This document shows, piece by piece, positions 1-8,603 of a DNA stretch of 32,000 nt (its first letter is position 1; every line of letters starts with the position of its first letter). A model generated the notes under the pieces. That model was given only the letters and a program-made list of their open reading frames with translations. It had not been told where the DNA came from and ran no database searches. The position numbers were made by a program, and so were the translations under genes. The stretch comes from Vibrio cholerae ATCC 14035 (lineage in GTDB: Bacteria > Pseudomonadota > Gammaproteobacteria > Enterobacterales > Vibrionaceae), in the NCBI RefSeq assembly GCF_000621645.1, contig NZ_JHXR01000014.1:1-32000 (forward strand), read 5' to 3'.

Positions 1-268
1 CTTTTTTTAGTATTTCATTATGCTCTTCAAGGCGAGCCAGCTTCTTTTTCAATTCCCGAATTTCTATTTGCTCAGGGGTCATAGGTGAAGCTTTAGGTGT
101 TTTCCCTTGGCGTTCTTCTCTAAGCTGGCGAACCCATTTATCCATCGTGGACTTGCCCACATTCATGGCTTGGGCTGCTTCCGTCACTGAGTAATTTTGG
201 TCTAAGACTAGCTGCGCTGCTTCTAACTTAAATTCTGCGCTAAATAGTCGTCTTGTACGTTTTGTCAT
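1..268 (-). CDS. IS3-family transposase OrfA, N-terminal part (ORF runs off the left edge)
   Basis: The minus-strand ATG at 266-268 opens [89 protein letters not shown]. It has an HTH followed by a leucine-zipper-like segment, with blocks ([23 protein letters not shown]) that I recognise from IS911/IS3 OrfA. The A AAA AAA slippery run at bases 1-9 is in the position and frame of the IS3-family -1 frameshift site. Confidence 0.85.
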   Translation of the reverse strand, partial: MTKRTRRLFSAEFKLEAAQLVLDQNYSVTEAAQAMNVGKSTMDKWVRQLREERQGKTPKASPMTPEQIEIRELKKKLARLEEHNEILKK

Positions 269-340
269 AATGTCACCTGTTAACTTATGAGGTGATGATA
301 TCACCTCTAACTAAGTGACCAAATTCACTATGCCACTACA
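1..340 (-). mobile_element. Terminal ~330-340 bp of an IS3-family (IS911-like) insertion sequence; the rest lies left of the window
   Basis: Contains the start of an OrfA-type transposase gene. On the minus strand, TG-initiated candidate termini start at 340 (TGTAGTGGCATAGTGAATTTGGTCAC...) or 327 (TGAATTTGGTCAC...), as expected for IS3-family inverted repeats. A GAGGTGATATCATCACCTC palindrome lies just upstream of the OrfA ATG. The exact end (327 vs 340) cannot be fixed without the other IS end. Confidence 0.8.
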
Positions 341-1695
341 AGTCTGAATATATTGTCTGAGTCCTCGTTACAGGTATTCACAATTTCACTCAAGAATAGC
401 TCTAAGTCGAATCCATAAGCCCCATCTACGAGAGGGACTATACGATTACTTGATTTGTTTTTAACTACATTATCGCCTCTATCGTTAATGTCTATGTACC
501 AACAAAGACCATTTGCAGATTGACGAATATCACCTTTACGTAGCTGTAAGATTTCATTAAGTCGTGCACCTGTAACGGCTGCTATCTGAGGAACCCATTT
601 AAGATACTTCATCCCTTCAAGTGTCTTTTTGCTTCTTCTTGCTTCTGTGAAATAACCATGTTTGAAATAGTCAATCAAAGCTATTACCTCAGACTCTGTT
701 AAAGCTTTAGGTTCCTTAATGTCCCTGTCCTTGATGTTCAACTTAACGGCAGGAGACTTACCGATTAGACCTAACGCCTCAGCATTGTTAAAGATTGCTC
801 TAATATCTTGCATATAACCATTTACGGTTAGTGTCTTTAATCCTCTGTTGATTAGCGCTGTACGCACTTCTAACAGGTCATTTCGAGTAAGCTTATCAAT
901 CGGTTTATCTTTAAGAGAACAAGCCTCAAAGATGGTTTTAAGATGCTGTAGCTTTGCTCCTTTCTTCTCCTTGGTTGACTCCATCCATTCACCGCTACTT
1001 ATCTTATCAGCAATGTAGTTATCAATAAGTTCATCTATGGTTAGTGACTCTTTGTGTTCTTTGTGTTCTTTGTGGTCTTGGGGTTCGCTGTGCTTACTTT
1101 GTTCGCTATCAACAATCGACAATAAACCTTCTGTATCGCTCTGTAAGCCCTTCTTCATGATGTCCGAATAGGATTGTATGAATCTCACCTGTTCGACTGT
1201 TTGAGCTTCTTGGAGGGCTTCTTGTGCAACGATGATATTACCACGGTAAAACCAATCAACTTTGGGACGTCTCAATAGCTCAGCCTTTGCGATTTCCTTT
1301 AAGGTTTCTCGCATATGGTTAAAGTCAATAAAGCTTCCTGCTTGCTCTAAAAGTCTATCCTTTAGGTAATCACTTCTCATCTTTGCCTCTCGTCTGCTTT
1401 CTGTTCTTAGTGACACAGTAACACTTTCATTCTTTAAATGTTCTCGGTGTGCTTGCTTTGCTCGTTGTGCTTGCTTCGCTCGCTGTGAGACTCGTAGATA
1501 GAACGTGTTGTGCTTCTTTAGTGTCGTGAAGTAAATCTTTTGGGTATCCCTAATGTGTGGGTTTATTCCGTTCCTACAGTCAGGGTTAATTGGATTACTT
1601 GAAAATACAGATAGAGACAAAGAGTCGTAGTGACTTCTTTTAGTGACCTTTTTGTTGACTTCTTGAGGATTTGAGAGGTTTTCTTGATGTGTCAT
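328..1695 (-). pseudogene. Phage-type tyrosine recombinase (integrase), apparently C-terminally truncated at the IS junction
   Basis: The 455-aa ORF has an N-terminal FYLRVSQR-type arm region, a core-binding region, and catalytic box I (AAVTGARLNEILQLRKGDI) plus the beta-hairpin Lys (VKNKSSNRIVPL). It stops about 77 aa after the box-I Arg, with no HxxR...Y block. Its last codons (..LVVA stop) lie inside the candidate IS terminus. It is visibly more AT-rich than the rest of the window. Confidence 0.65.
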
Positions 1696-1868
1696 CTTAC
1701 GGTAACTCTTTGTTTATGAAAGAATTACCTTGTTGGGTCTTAGAAAAGAGATGCAATTCATAGAAAATACATGCACAAATTGTCATCGATCATACTCTTA
1801 TCGAGTTCTGTCAGAACCTGTGCATGCGATTGCGCAATAAAAGAAACAACTAGGAACAATATGCGGCC

Positions 1869-2456
1869 TTAGCCTCTGGCTCGCTGCCACGCAAGTAGGC
1901 AAAGTGCGGTGATGGCACCTAAGGTATCGCACAGCATATCTTTCTGAGCATCCCAAATATCCCCTTGTGAGCCCAAAAATGCGATCCCTTCTTCGCCGCC
2001 AGCGAGCGCGGCGTACCACCACTCGATAATTTCGTAAGCCGCTGCAAGACTCATCAAGCTAAATAGTGCAAAGCTGTAAGCTAGCCAAGGTTTCGTTTGT
2101 TGCTTACGTAACAGCCATTCCGCAATAGGGTAAGCATAAAGACCGATGGAAAAGTGGGCGACGCGATCGAATTGATTGCGTGTAGAGCCGATCAAGGTAT
2201 TGAACCAGTCAAAAGGGACTTCAGCGAAGGTGTATTTTGCGCCTATGGTATGCAAGCAGAGCCAAACAAACATCAAGACATAGGCGGTCGTGCTCATTGA
2301 CCAGCGCAATGAGACCCACCAAATTGTGGCCAGAACCAGAATGGCGGGGATGATTTCGGCAAACCAAACCGCACGTGAAGTAGGTGCTATGGCTGAAAAA
2401 ACAAAAATTAAGCTATAAAAAAGGGTCAATCCGATGAGAGGTCGCGACAAGGGCAT
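1869..2456 (-). CDS. DUF2238 / YjdF-family inner membrane protein
   Basis: The 195-aa ORF is multi-pass hydrophobic. It carries blocks that I associate with E. coli YjdF-like proteins: HTIGAKYTFAEVPF, RNQFDRVAHFSIGL, YEIIEWW, FLGSQGDIWDAQKDM. Confidence 0.7.
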   Translation of the reverse strand: MPLSRPLIGLTLFYSLIFVFSAIAPTSRAVWFAEIIPAILVLATIWWVSLRWSMSTTAYVLMFVWLCLHTIGAKYTFAEVPFDWFNTLIGSTRNQFDRVAHFSIGLYAYPIAEWLLRKQQTKPWLAYSFALFSLMSLAAAYEIIEWWYAALAGGEEGIAFLGSQGDIWDAQKDMLCDTLGAITALCLLAWQRARG

Positions 2457-2691
2457 AGTGAATCTCCGTCAATGGAATGGGCACTATCCTGCCATCATTA
2501 TGAACATTGTTCAATTTCCAAATATTCAGAGCTAAGGTTGCGTCAGAAATCTGGCTTTTACAGTGTCAGAAAAACAGCCTGCAAGCCTTATGCGCATTGA
2601 GCTTCACACAATCAAGATTTGCCATTTCGCCGCCGTGACAAATGGGTTAGATTGATCTTGAATTAGAGTATTTCATGGGAATGGAAGCCTT

Positions 2692-3321
2692 ATGTCAGAC
2701 AGTCACCAGCTTGCTGCAACGTTTCAGACTTATATGGAAAATCCGCTGTTGTGGCCGATTTTTGAGGTTCTGAAACGCCAGCCTTCAGGATGGAAAGTGC
2801 ATACCTTAGCCGCTCACTTGAGTGAGTTAGGCATCATGCCGGTCTTAGACCCTCAGCCGGAAAAAGATCTGTTCAAGCGAAATTTCCTGATCATGAATGC
2901 GCTCTATCAGCTCCAAGAAACCTTGCACCCAGAAAAATGGCTGCAAGTGGAAGCGATGAACATCATTTTAACTCCGATGATGCGTAGTGAATTCCACGAC
3001 ATTGATGTCAATGATCCTTTGCGAGATTACTACACTCAGTGGATGAACTATGAAGCGAATGAGGGGGAAGTGAAGCGTTTGCTCAATGAATTCTGGACGC
3101 GATATCGACACTCAGTGGGCAGCCATAATGGTAAGGATTTAACCCGAGGACAAGCTCTGCGTCTGTTTGAATTAACCGAAGAGGCGAGCGCCGTTGAGAT
3201 CCGTAAAACGTGGCGTAAGCTGGCTTTGCGTTGGCATCCCGATCGAGAAAATGGCAATGCCGAACGTTTTCGGATCTTATGTGAAGCGTGGAATGTGCTC
3301 AGACAAGACTCTTTAGTTTAA
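2692..3321 (+). CDS. J-domain co-chaperone of the DNA-J related family (C-terminal J domain)
   Basis: The 209-aa ORF has a C-terminal J-domain signature, EIRKTWRKLALRWHPDRENGNAERFRILCEAWNVL, with an intact HPD. The N-terminal ~150 aa has no motif I can name. Confidence 0.75.
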   Translation: MSDSHQLAATFQTYMENPLLWPIFEVLKRQPSGWKVHTLAAHLSELGIMPVLDPQPEKDLFKRNFLIMNALYQLQETLHPEKWLQVEAMNIILTPMMRSEFHDIDVNDPLRDYYTQWMNYEANEGEVKRLLNEFWTRYRHSVGSHNGKDLTRGQALRLFELTEEASAVEIRKTWRKLALRWHPDRENGNAERFRILCEAWNVLRQDSLV

Positions 3322-3370
3322 AAAAGACTCTTTAAGTTAAAAGTGAAAAAACGAGAAAAACGAATAACGA

Positions 3371-3407
3371 AAAGGTCATGCAGCCCTTTGTCAGTTGCAT
3401 GACCTTT
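3371..3407. terminator. Bidirectional hairpin between convergent genes
   Basis: AAAGGTCATGCA (3371-3382) pairs perfectly with TGCATGACCTTT (3396-3407), a 12-bp stem. The A/T runs within and flanking the stem could serve either strand. Confidence 0.6.
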
Positions 3408-3478
3408 GAAACCTGTTTTCTAGGGATTTCTTCCAACTTGAAGCTGCTGCAGCAAGTGGTTTTGCCCCTGCGTGGGAA

Positions 3479-5128
3479 TTAGGCTTTAAATTGTGCTTTT
3501 CGCATCCGGTTTAGGGCTGCCATTGCATCTAAAATTCGCGGCTTAGCTAAATCACCGTGGTTTGGCATGGCTTGATACCAGTCACCTTCAAGCATTTTAG
3601 TCATGGCTTTGGCTGGGTTGTCTGTCCAACCTGGCAGTTGTGCCAGTTGGAACCACAGCCAACCAATGGCATTCACTTCACTTGAACTTTGCAACTGCTC
3701 CAGTGCGGAAATGTCCGTGAACTCTTTACCAAAACGCAGAGCATCCAAGCCTTTAGCCGACACACGGAATTTGCCATCCAGCAGCAGTTTTTGCAAAGTG
3801 GCACAGTTGAGAGCTCGTGGTGTAAAGGTCGCGAGTGGGGTTTCACACTCATTACGACGCAGCGTTGGGTGCTGGGCAATCACTTCACGCGCTTTTTCTG
3901 TTACGTCGACGGGTTGGTAGTCGTGCATCTGAATGACGGTATCGGCTACATCCAGATAGTCACCAGAGCCCCCCATCACCACCAGTGTCGAGATGCCGAG
4001 ATCATCACGTAACTGACCGATACGATCCACCAACGGTGTGATCGGCTCTTCACCTTTGCTGACCAGTGCCTGCATGCGCTCATCACGGATCATAAAGTTG
4101 GTAGCAGAAGTGTCTTCATCAATCAGCAGAGTTGTGACACCCGCTTCAATCGACTCTTGTAACCAAGCCGACTGCGAGGTAGAGCCAGAAGCATCTTGCG
4201 TGCTGAAATCGGTCGTGTCTTTACCCATAGGTAAATGATTGATGTAGTTCGATAGATTGAGATTGTGTACACAACGGCCTTCTTCCGCGCGGATCTTCAT
4301 CGCTTTAACATCAGTGACCATGCGCTCACGACCATCACCCGGAATATGGTTGTAGACCGAACGCTCAAGCGCGGTCAGCAAGGTTGATTTACCATGGAAC
4401 CCACCGCCCACGATCAAGGTAATCCCTTGTGGAATACCCATACCCACCAGTTCACCTTGGTTAGGCGTTGAGAGGGTGACTTCGAGAGATTTTGGGGCGA
4501 TGAAAGGAACAGCCTCTTTCATTGGCAGATCGCAGTTACCGGCTAATCGTGGCAATACACTGCCGTTAGCGATGAAAGCGACAAGACCGAGATCGTCCAG
4601 TTGAGCGCGCATCGCTTCCTGATCTTCTACGATTTCACAATGATGCAGTAGCGCGGCTTTATCTAACTCGCGTTCAAGCGTGGCACGGCGAATGTATTTC
4701 GGCAGGTGAAAGGTTAAGATATTCAGCGCTTTTTTCGCCAGAATATCGCGTCCTTCCGCTGGCATACTCATGCGAAAACGCAGTTCGATGCCGTGTTCGT
4801 TAAACAGAACAGAGGTACTATCGAGAACCGTTTGACCGCTAATCGCGATCGATAAGCTGTTGTCTTGTTTGGCGAACTCTGCAAAAGCACGAGCGATAAA
4901 ATCACGCGCAGCCATTTGATAAGCAGGGGATTTCTCTTTCAGCCAATCTAAACCCGTCAACGACCAAGCGCGCGTAGCACGCAGGCGAGAGGCTGAAGCG
5001 TATGGATCAGACTGAATGTGATCGATGAACAGAGTAAAGTCGCCAAAGTCGTACTGACCTTTGATCTGCTGATAAGCACGATAGTTCTGCTTTTCGAGTT
5101 TCTTGAGTGTTGCAATTAGTCGATCCAT
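3479..5128 (-). CDS. ABC-ATPase domain protein (predicted ATPase of the ABC class, PF09818-like), function unknown
   Basis: The 549-aa ORF has Walker A VGGGFHGKSTLL and Walker B TTLLIDEDTSATNF. Its N-terminus (MDRLIATLKKLEKQNYRAYQQIKG..) is typical of this stand-alone family. There is no transmembrane partner gene. Confidence 0.7.
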   Translation of the reverse strand: MDRLIATLKKLEKQNYRAYQQIKGQYDFGDFTLFIDHIQSDPYASASRLRATRAWSLTGLDWLKEKSPAYQMAARDFIARAFAEFAKQDNSLSIAISGQTVLDSTSVLFNEHGIELRFRMSMPAEGRDILAKKALNILTFHLPKYIRRATLERELDKAALLHHCEIVEDQEAMRAQLDDLGLVAFIANGSVLPRLAGNCDLPMKEAVPFIAPKSLEVTLSTPNQGELVGMGIPQGITLIVGGGFHGKSTLLTALERSVYNHIPGDGRERMVTDVKAMKIRAEEGRCVHNLNLSNYINHLPMGKDTTDFSTQDASGSTSQSAWLQESIEAGVTTLLIDEDTSATNFMIRDERMQALVSKGEEPITPLVDRIGQLRDDLGISTLVVMGGSGDYLDVADTVIQMHDYQPVDVTEKAREVIAQHPTLRRNECETPLATFTPRALNCATLQKLLLDGKFRVSAKGLDALRFGKEFTDISALEQLQSSSEVNAIGWLWFQLAQLPGWTDNPAKAMTKMLEGDWYQAMPNHGDLAKPRILDAMAALNRMRKAQFKA

Positions 5129-5253
5129 CTCGATTATCGCTCATAGGGAAAGAAAAAGAGGAGCGCGATTATAGGTAGCGCCCACGGAAGAGTAAAGGAA
5201 TGATAAGCCAATCTCTTTATGCTCGACAACCACAGAGCAGGAGATACCTTCGA

Positions 5254-7137
5254 TTACGCCAGAGCGTGGCTTTCGAGCTTGAGGGTAAACACTTCACTGG
5301 GCATAGGTTTGCCATATAAAAAGCCTTGGCCGACATCGCAACCCTGTTCCAGAATGAACTGCTCTTGCTGCGTCGACTCAATACCTTCCACCACCACGTT
5401 TAAGTTCAGTTTTTTCGCTACATGCAGCATAGAACGCACGATTTCTTGATCGCTTTCGCTGTGTTCGATCTGCTCCATAAAACTTTTATCAATCTTGATG
5501 CCATCAAATGGGAATTTTTTTAGATACTGAAACGAAGCGTAACCCGTACCAAAATCATCGAGTGATAATGTCACGCCTAATGTGTGTAGTCGGTTGAGAA
5601 TATCACTCGCGGTCGGCTCATCGACGATCAGGCCACTTTCGGTGATTTCCAGTTCCAACTGATGCGCAGGGAAGCAATACAGCGCCAGCAGATCTCGAAT
5701 CTGCTCGACAAAGCCACTGTTTTTGAGCTGTACGGAAGAGACATTGATCGCGATACAAAAGGTTGGGCACACCGCTAACCAATCACTGGCGGCTTTTAAA
5801 GCTTGGTGCAAAACAAAATGCCCCACTTCAAAGATAAGACCATTTTGCTCTGCCATATGAATCAAGGTTTCATTGGAAAATTCACCCAACACCGGATGCT
5901 TCCAACGCAACAATGCCTCAGCACCGACCCAGCGCTGGGTTTTCATGCTGACTTTAGGTTGGAAGTAGAGCAGCAGATCGTTGTTGCGCACCGCTTGCAG
6001 TAAATAGTTTTCCAATTGATTTTGCCGTGCATGGTTATCGGCTAATGCGGGAGAGTGAAAAAACACTTTGTATCCCGAGTCCTTACACGCCAACATGCTG
6101 CTGACGGCATGGCGCAGTAGCTGCTGCGGATCGCGTGTTTCACGGCTAAGGGCCACACCAATATAAGGGTTGAGGTGAACGGGCAGCCCCTCCGTCACAA
6201 ATTGCGCTTGCCCAGCGTGAATTAAACGATGGCAAAGCTGATTTAATTGGGTGTCGAGCGGATGGGCTTTTAAGATCAGCGTCAAATTGGTCGAGTTAGG
6301 GCGAGCGGTCAGTAATTCCCCCTCCGTCACCGGACCAAGTCGCTCACGTAACTGCTTTAGCACATCATCCCAAAGGTGGTAACCCAGCCGCGCCTGTAAT
6401 TGGCGGGCATTGGCAAAACCGATATGAATCACAGCGAGCTCTTCGTGTTCCGCCAATTGAGCCAGCTGCATCGCGAGCTGCTGCTCCAATGCCGTGCGAT
6501 TCAGAAAGCCAGTCCCAAGGTCGTGACTGCGCTGATACTCAATCTGCTGTTCTGCGGCACGGCGTTTATCGATCTCTTGATGGAGAGATTGGTTCAGCGA
6601 GGCGATGCTTTGCATTTTATGACGAACTTTGAAGTGCAAATCTTGGTTCATTTGCAACAACGTTTCGCGTTGGTAAAGGGTTTTAAGCTGAGCTTCAATC
6701 GATTCAGCAAAGGTTTTTATCAATTGCTGATCGGTACTAAGAAACTGGCGAGCTTGACGATCGGTGACACACAAAGATCCAAAAAGCTCACCGTTTGGCC
6801 ATTGCAATGGTACGCCACAGTAAGCGCGCATGCCCAATTCCAGATCTGGGTTATCCTTCCACAATGGGTCGAGGTCGGCGTTACTGACTAACAATATCTG
6901 GCGAGTATTGACCACAGTTTCACAATACAAGCCTGTGCCTAATCGTTCGGTCATGCCGACTTGGTATGGATTGTCACTGCCGACACTGGTACAAAACACA
7001 TCAAGATCGTGATGGCGTAAACGCATGATCAGGGTGGCTGAGACTTTCAGCACTTCGGCCAGCAGGTTGAGCATCTGCTGCCAATTTGCCTGCATGCTAG
7101 AAGGGATCGGGATCGAGTGTGAAAGGATCGGTGCCAT
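5254..7137 (-). CDS. GAF - GGDEF(degenerate) - EAL signalling protein, probable c-di-GMP phosphodiesterase
   Basis: The 627-aa ORF has an N-terminal GAF-like domain. EAL-domain motifs are intact (GAEALLRW, DDFGTGYASFQYLK, IKIDKSF, VVEGIES, QGFLYGKP). The position where GG(D/E)EF is expected reads RPNSTNL. Confidence 0.85.
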   Translation of the reverse strand: MAPILSHSIPIPSSMQANWQQMLNLLAEVLKVSATLIMRLRHHDLDVFCTSVGSDNPYQVGMTERLGTGLYCETVVNTRQILLVSNADLDPLWKDNPDLELGMRAYCGVPLQWPNGELFGSLCVTDRQARQFLSTDQQLIKTFAESIEAQLKTLYQRETLLQMNQDLHFKVRHKMQSIASLNQSLHQEIDKRRAAEQQIEYQRSHDLGTGFLNRTALEQQLAMQLAQLAEHEELAVIHIGFANARQLQARLGYHLWDDVLKQLRERLGPVTEGELLTARPNSTNLTLILKAHPLDTQLNQLCHRLIHAGQAQFVTEGLPVHLNPYIGVALSRETRDPQQLLRHAVSSMLACKDSGYKVFFHSPALADNHARQNQLENYLLQAVRNNDLLLYFQPKVSMKTQRWVGAEALLRWKHPVLGEFSNETLIHMAEQNGLIFEVGHFVLHQALKAASDWLAVCPTFCIAINVSSVQLKNSGFVEQIRDLLALYCFPAHQLELEITESGLIVDEPTASDILNRLHTLGVTLSLDDFGTGYASFQYLKKFPFDGIKIDKSFMEQIEHSESDQEIVRSMLHVAKKLNLNVVVEGIESTQQEQFILEQGCDVGQGFLYGKPMPSEVFTLKLESHALA

Positions 7138-7305
7138 TAAGAGGTCCTTGATTGCGGCATGGATTTGGGGTGTGACTAGAGCGACTGCCTGTCTGAAGTC
7201 ACACCTTTACTTCAGTGGTCAGTCACTCTAACAAATGCCGATCAGAATGGCAGAGCGAATTGAGTTAGCTTGTGTGAATTCTCAAATCTAAAACAACGGG
7301 GCGTG

Positions 7306-8514
7306 TCACTTTTTATTAATAAAATTATGCATATCAACAGATTGGCTATAATCGATCTGGTCAAATTCAAACCCGTTAAGCTGCATAAACTCACGTTTAA
7401 AACCCGCATAATCGCCTAACTGCTGAAAATTGCTGGCATTCATTTGTTGTAAACGTTCACGAACTTGTACTTGCGTATCGGGGTTCATCTCCCAATCATC
7501 CATACGGATCAAACGTTCGCTATCGAGTGGAATTCGTGAATGGCCATACAGCTTGTCGCTAAACAGGCGCTGCATCTGTTCAATGCAACCTTCATGGGTG
7601 CCTTTATTTTTCATTACTTGGTACAGCGCGAGTAAGTAAGGACTCAAACCGGGAATAAATACGCTGGCTTTTGTCACTAACGCCTTACAAACAACGGCAT
7701 ACGCACCGCCATCAAAGTTGGCGAGTTTCAGATTCAAAGCATGACTCGTTTGGTGTAAATCGATTTTAGCGCGGCCTAAAGTACCATCCAGATAGATAGG
7801 GTGAGTAACGTCAGGGCCCATGTAAGAAAACGCGATCGTTTTGCACCCTTCGGCGAGTGATTCGGCATTGATCAAGGTATCAATCCAGTTTTCCCAATCA
7901 TCGCCGCCCATGACGCGTAATGTCCCTTCAATTTCCTCTTCGCTGGCCGGTTGCAAGGTGGTTTCAATCCACGTGTCATTTTCAAGCAAGAGGGTTGCAC
8001 CAGAGACCGCTTCACCAATCGGCTTAATCGCGGATCGCCAAAATTCAGGGTCAGCCTTTTCGCTTCTGGGCTTGCGGCGCATGCCACTGGCAATGCTGTA
8101 AATGATGAGATCCACTTCCCCTTCAAAATAGGTTTCTATCGCTTCAATCACTTGCTCACGCATGTCGACAGAAAAAACATCGCCTTCGAGATTGACCGCG
8201 ATGCGACCTGCTTGCTCGGCATGCTGTTTAAAAAAGAGATTGTTGTAGTAACCTGCACTGCCGGTTTGTGTTTCACTCGGAGCACGTTCAAAGGAGACCC
8301 CAATCGTATCGGCTTGCGCGCCACCAAAGGTCAGCGCAATCCTTGCCGCGAGCCCAAATCCCGACGATGCTCCGAGGATCAGAACGCGTTTTGGACCTGA
8401 CTTGATCGGATTCGCCTGTTTTACGTACTGGATCTGTTGTAGGACGGCTTGTTCGCAGCCATAAGGATGGGCGCTGCGCGCCACAACGCCCTGAATGATT
8501 GGCTTGATGTGCAT
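7306..8514 (-). CDS. fabV: FabV/TER-family NADH-dependent trans-2-enoyl-ACP (or -CoA) reductase
   Basis: The 402-aa ORF begins MHIKPIIQG..HPYGCE. It has a Rossmann motif GASSGFG and a Tyr-X8-Lys pair (PIYLDGTLGRAK), plus HEGCIEQ and IRMDDWE blocks. AGGTG lies 4 nt upstream of the ATG. This window cannot show whether it is the housekeeping fabV or a paralogue. Confidence 0.8.
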   Translation of the reverse strand: MHIKPIIQGVVARSAHPYGCEQAVLQQIQYVKQANPIKSGPKRVLILGASSGFGLAARIALTFGGAQADTIGVSFERAPSETQTGSAGYYNNLFFKQHAEQAGRIAVNLEGDVFSVDMREQVIEAIETYFEGEVDLIIYSIASGMRRKPRSEKADPEFWRSAIKPIGEAVSGATLLLENDTWIETTLQPASEEEIEGTLRVMGGDDWENWIDTLINAESLAEGCKTIAFSYMGPDVTHPIYLDGTLGRAKIDLHQTSHALNLKLANFDGGAYAVVCKALVTKASVFIPGLSPYLLALYQVMKNKGTHEGCIEQMQRLFSDKLYGHSRIPLDSERLIRMDDWEMNPDTQVQVRERLQQMNASNFQQLGDYAGFKREFMQLNGFEFDQIDYSQSVDMHNFINKK

Positions 8515-8603
8515 AGGGTCACCTATTCTCTAGTTAAGGGCTCAAAAATAACGTAAAGCTGAGTAAATTTTATTGAGCTAAACCAGTAAATCGGTGGATG
8601 GTG

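Noticed and set aside
1771-1872. 33-codon plus-strand ORF (MHKLSSIILLSSSVRTCACDCAIKETTRNNMRP) in the integrase/core junction
   Set aside because: It has no Shine-Dalgarno and runs into the stop of the convergent DUF2238 gene. Nothing distinguishes it from chance in AT-rich DNA.
1798-2022. 74-aa Arg-rich ORF overlapping the 3' end of the DUF2238 gene in another frame
   Set aside because: MVVRRARWRRRRDR.. is typical off-frame translation, and the DUF2238 frame has convincing family blocks.
6400-6891. 163-aa plus-strand ORF antisense to the GGDEF-EAL gene
   Set aside because: This is a shadow ORF fully inside a well-supported gene on the other strand, with no motifs and no SD. The same reasoning applies to 5803-6003, 6830-7012 and 7025-7231.
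7951-8400. 149-aa plus-strand ORF antisense to the FabV-family gene (also 7841-8101, and 7872-8126, an off-frame ORF on the same strand as fabV)
   Set aside because: These are antisense or off-frame ORFs within a gene that has clear family motifs. Their Arg/Ser-rich composition is typical of wrong-frame translation.
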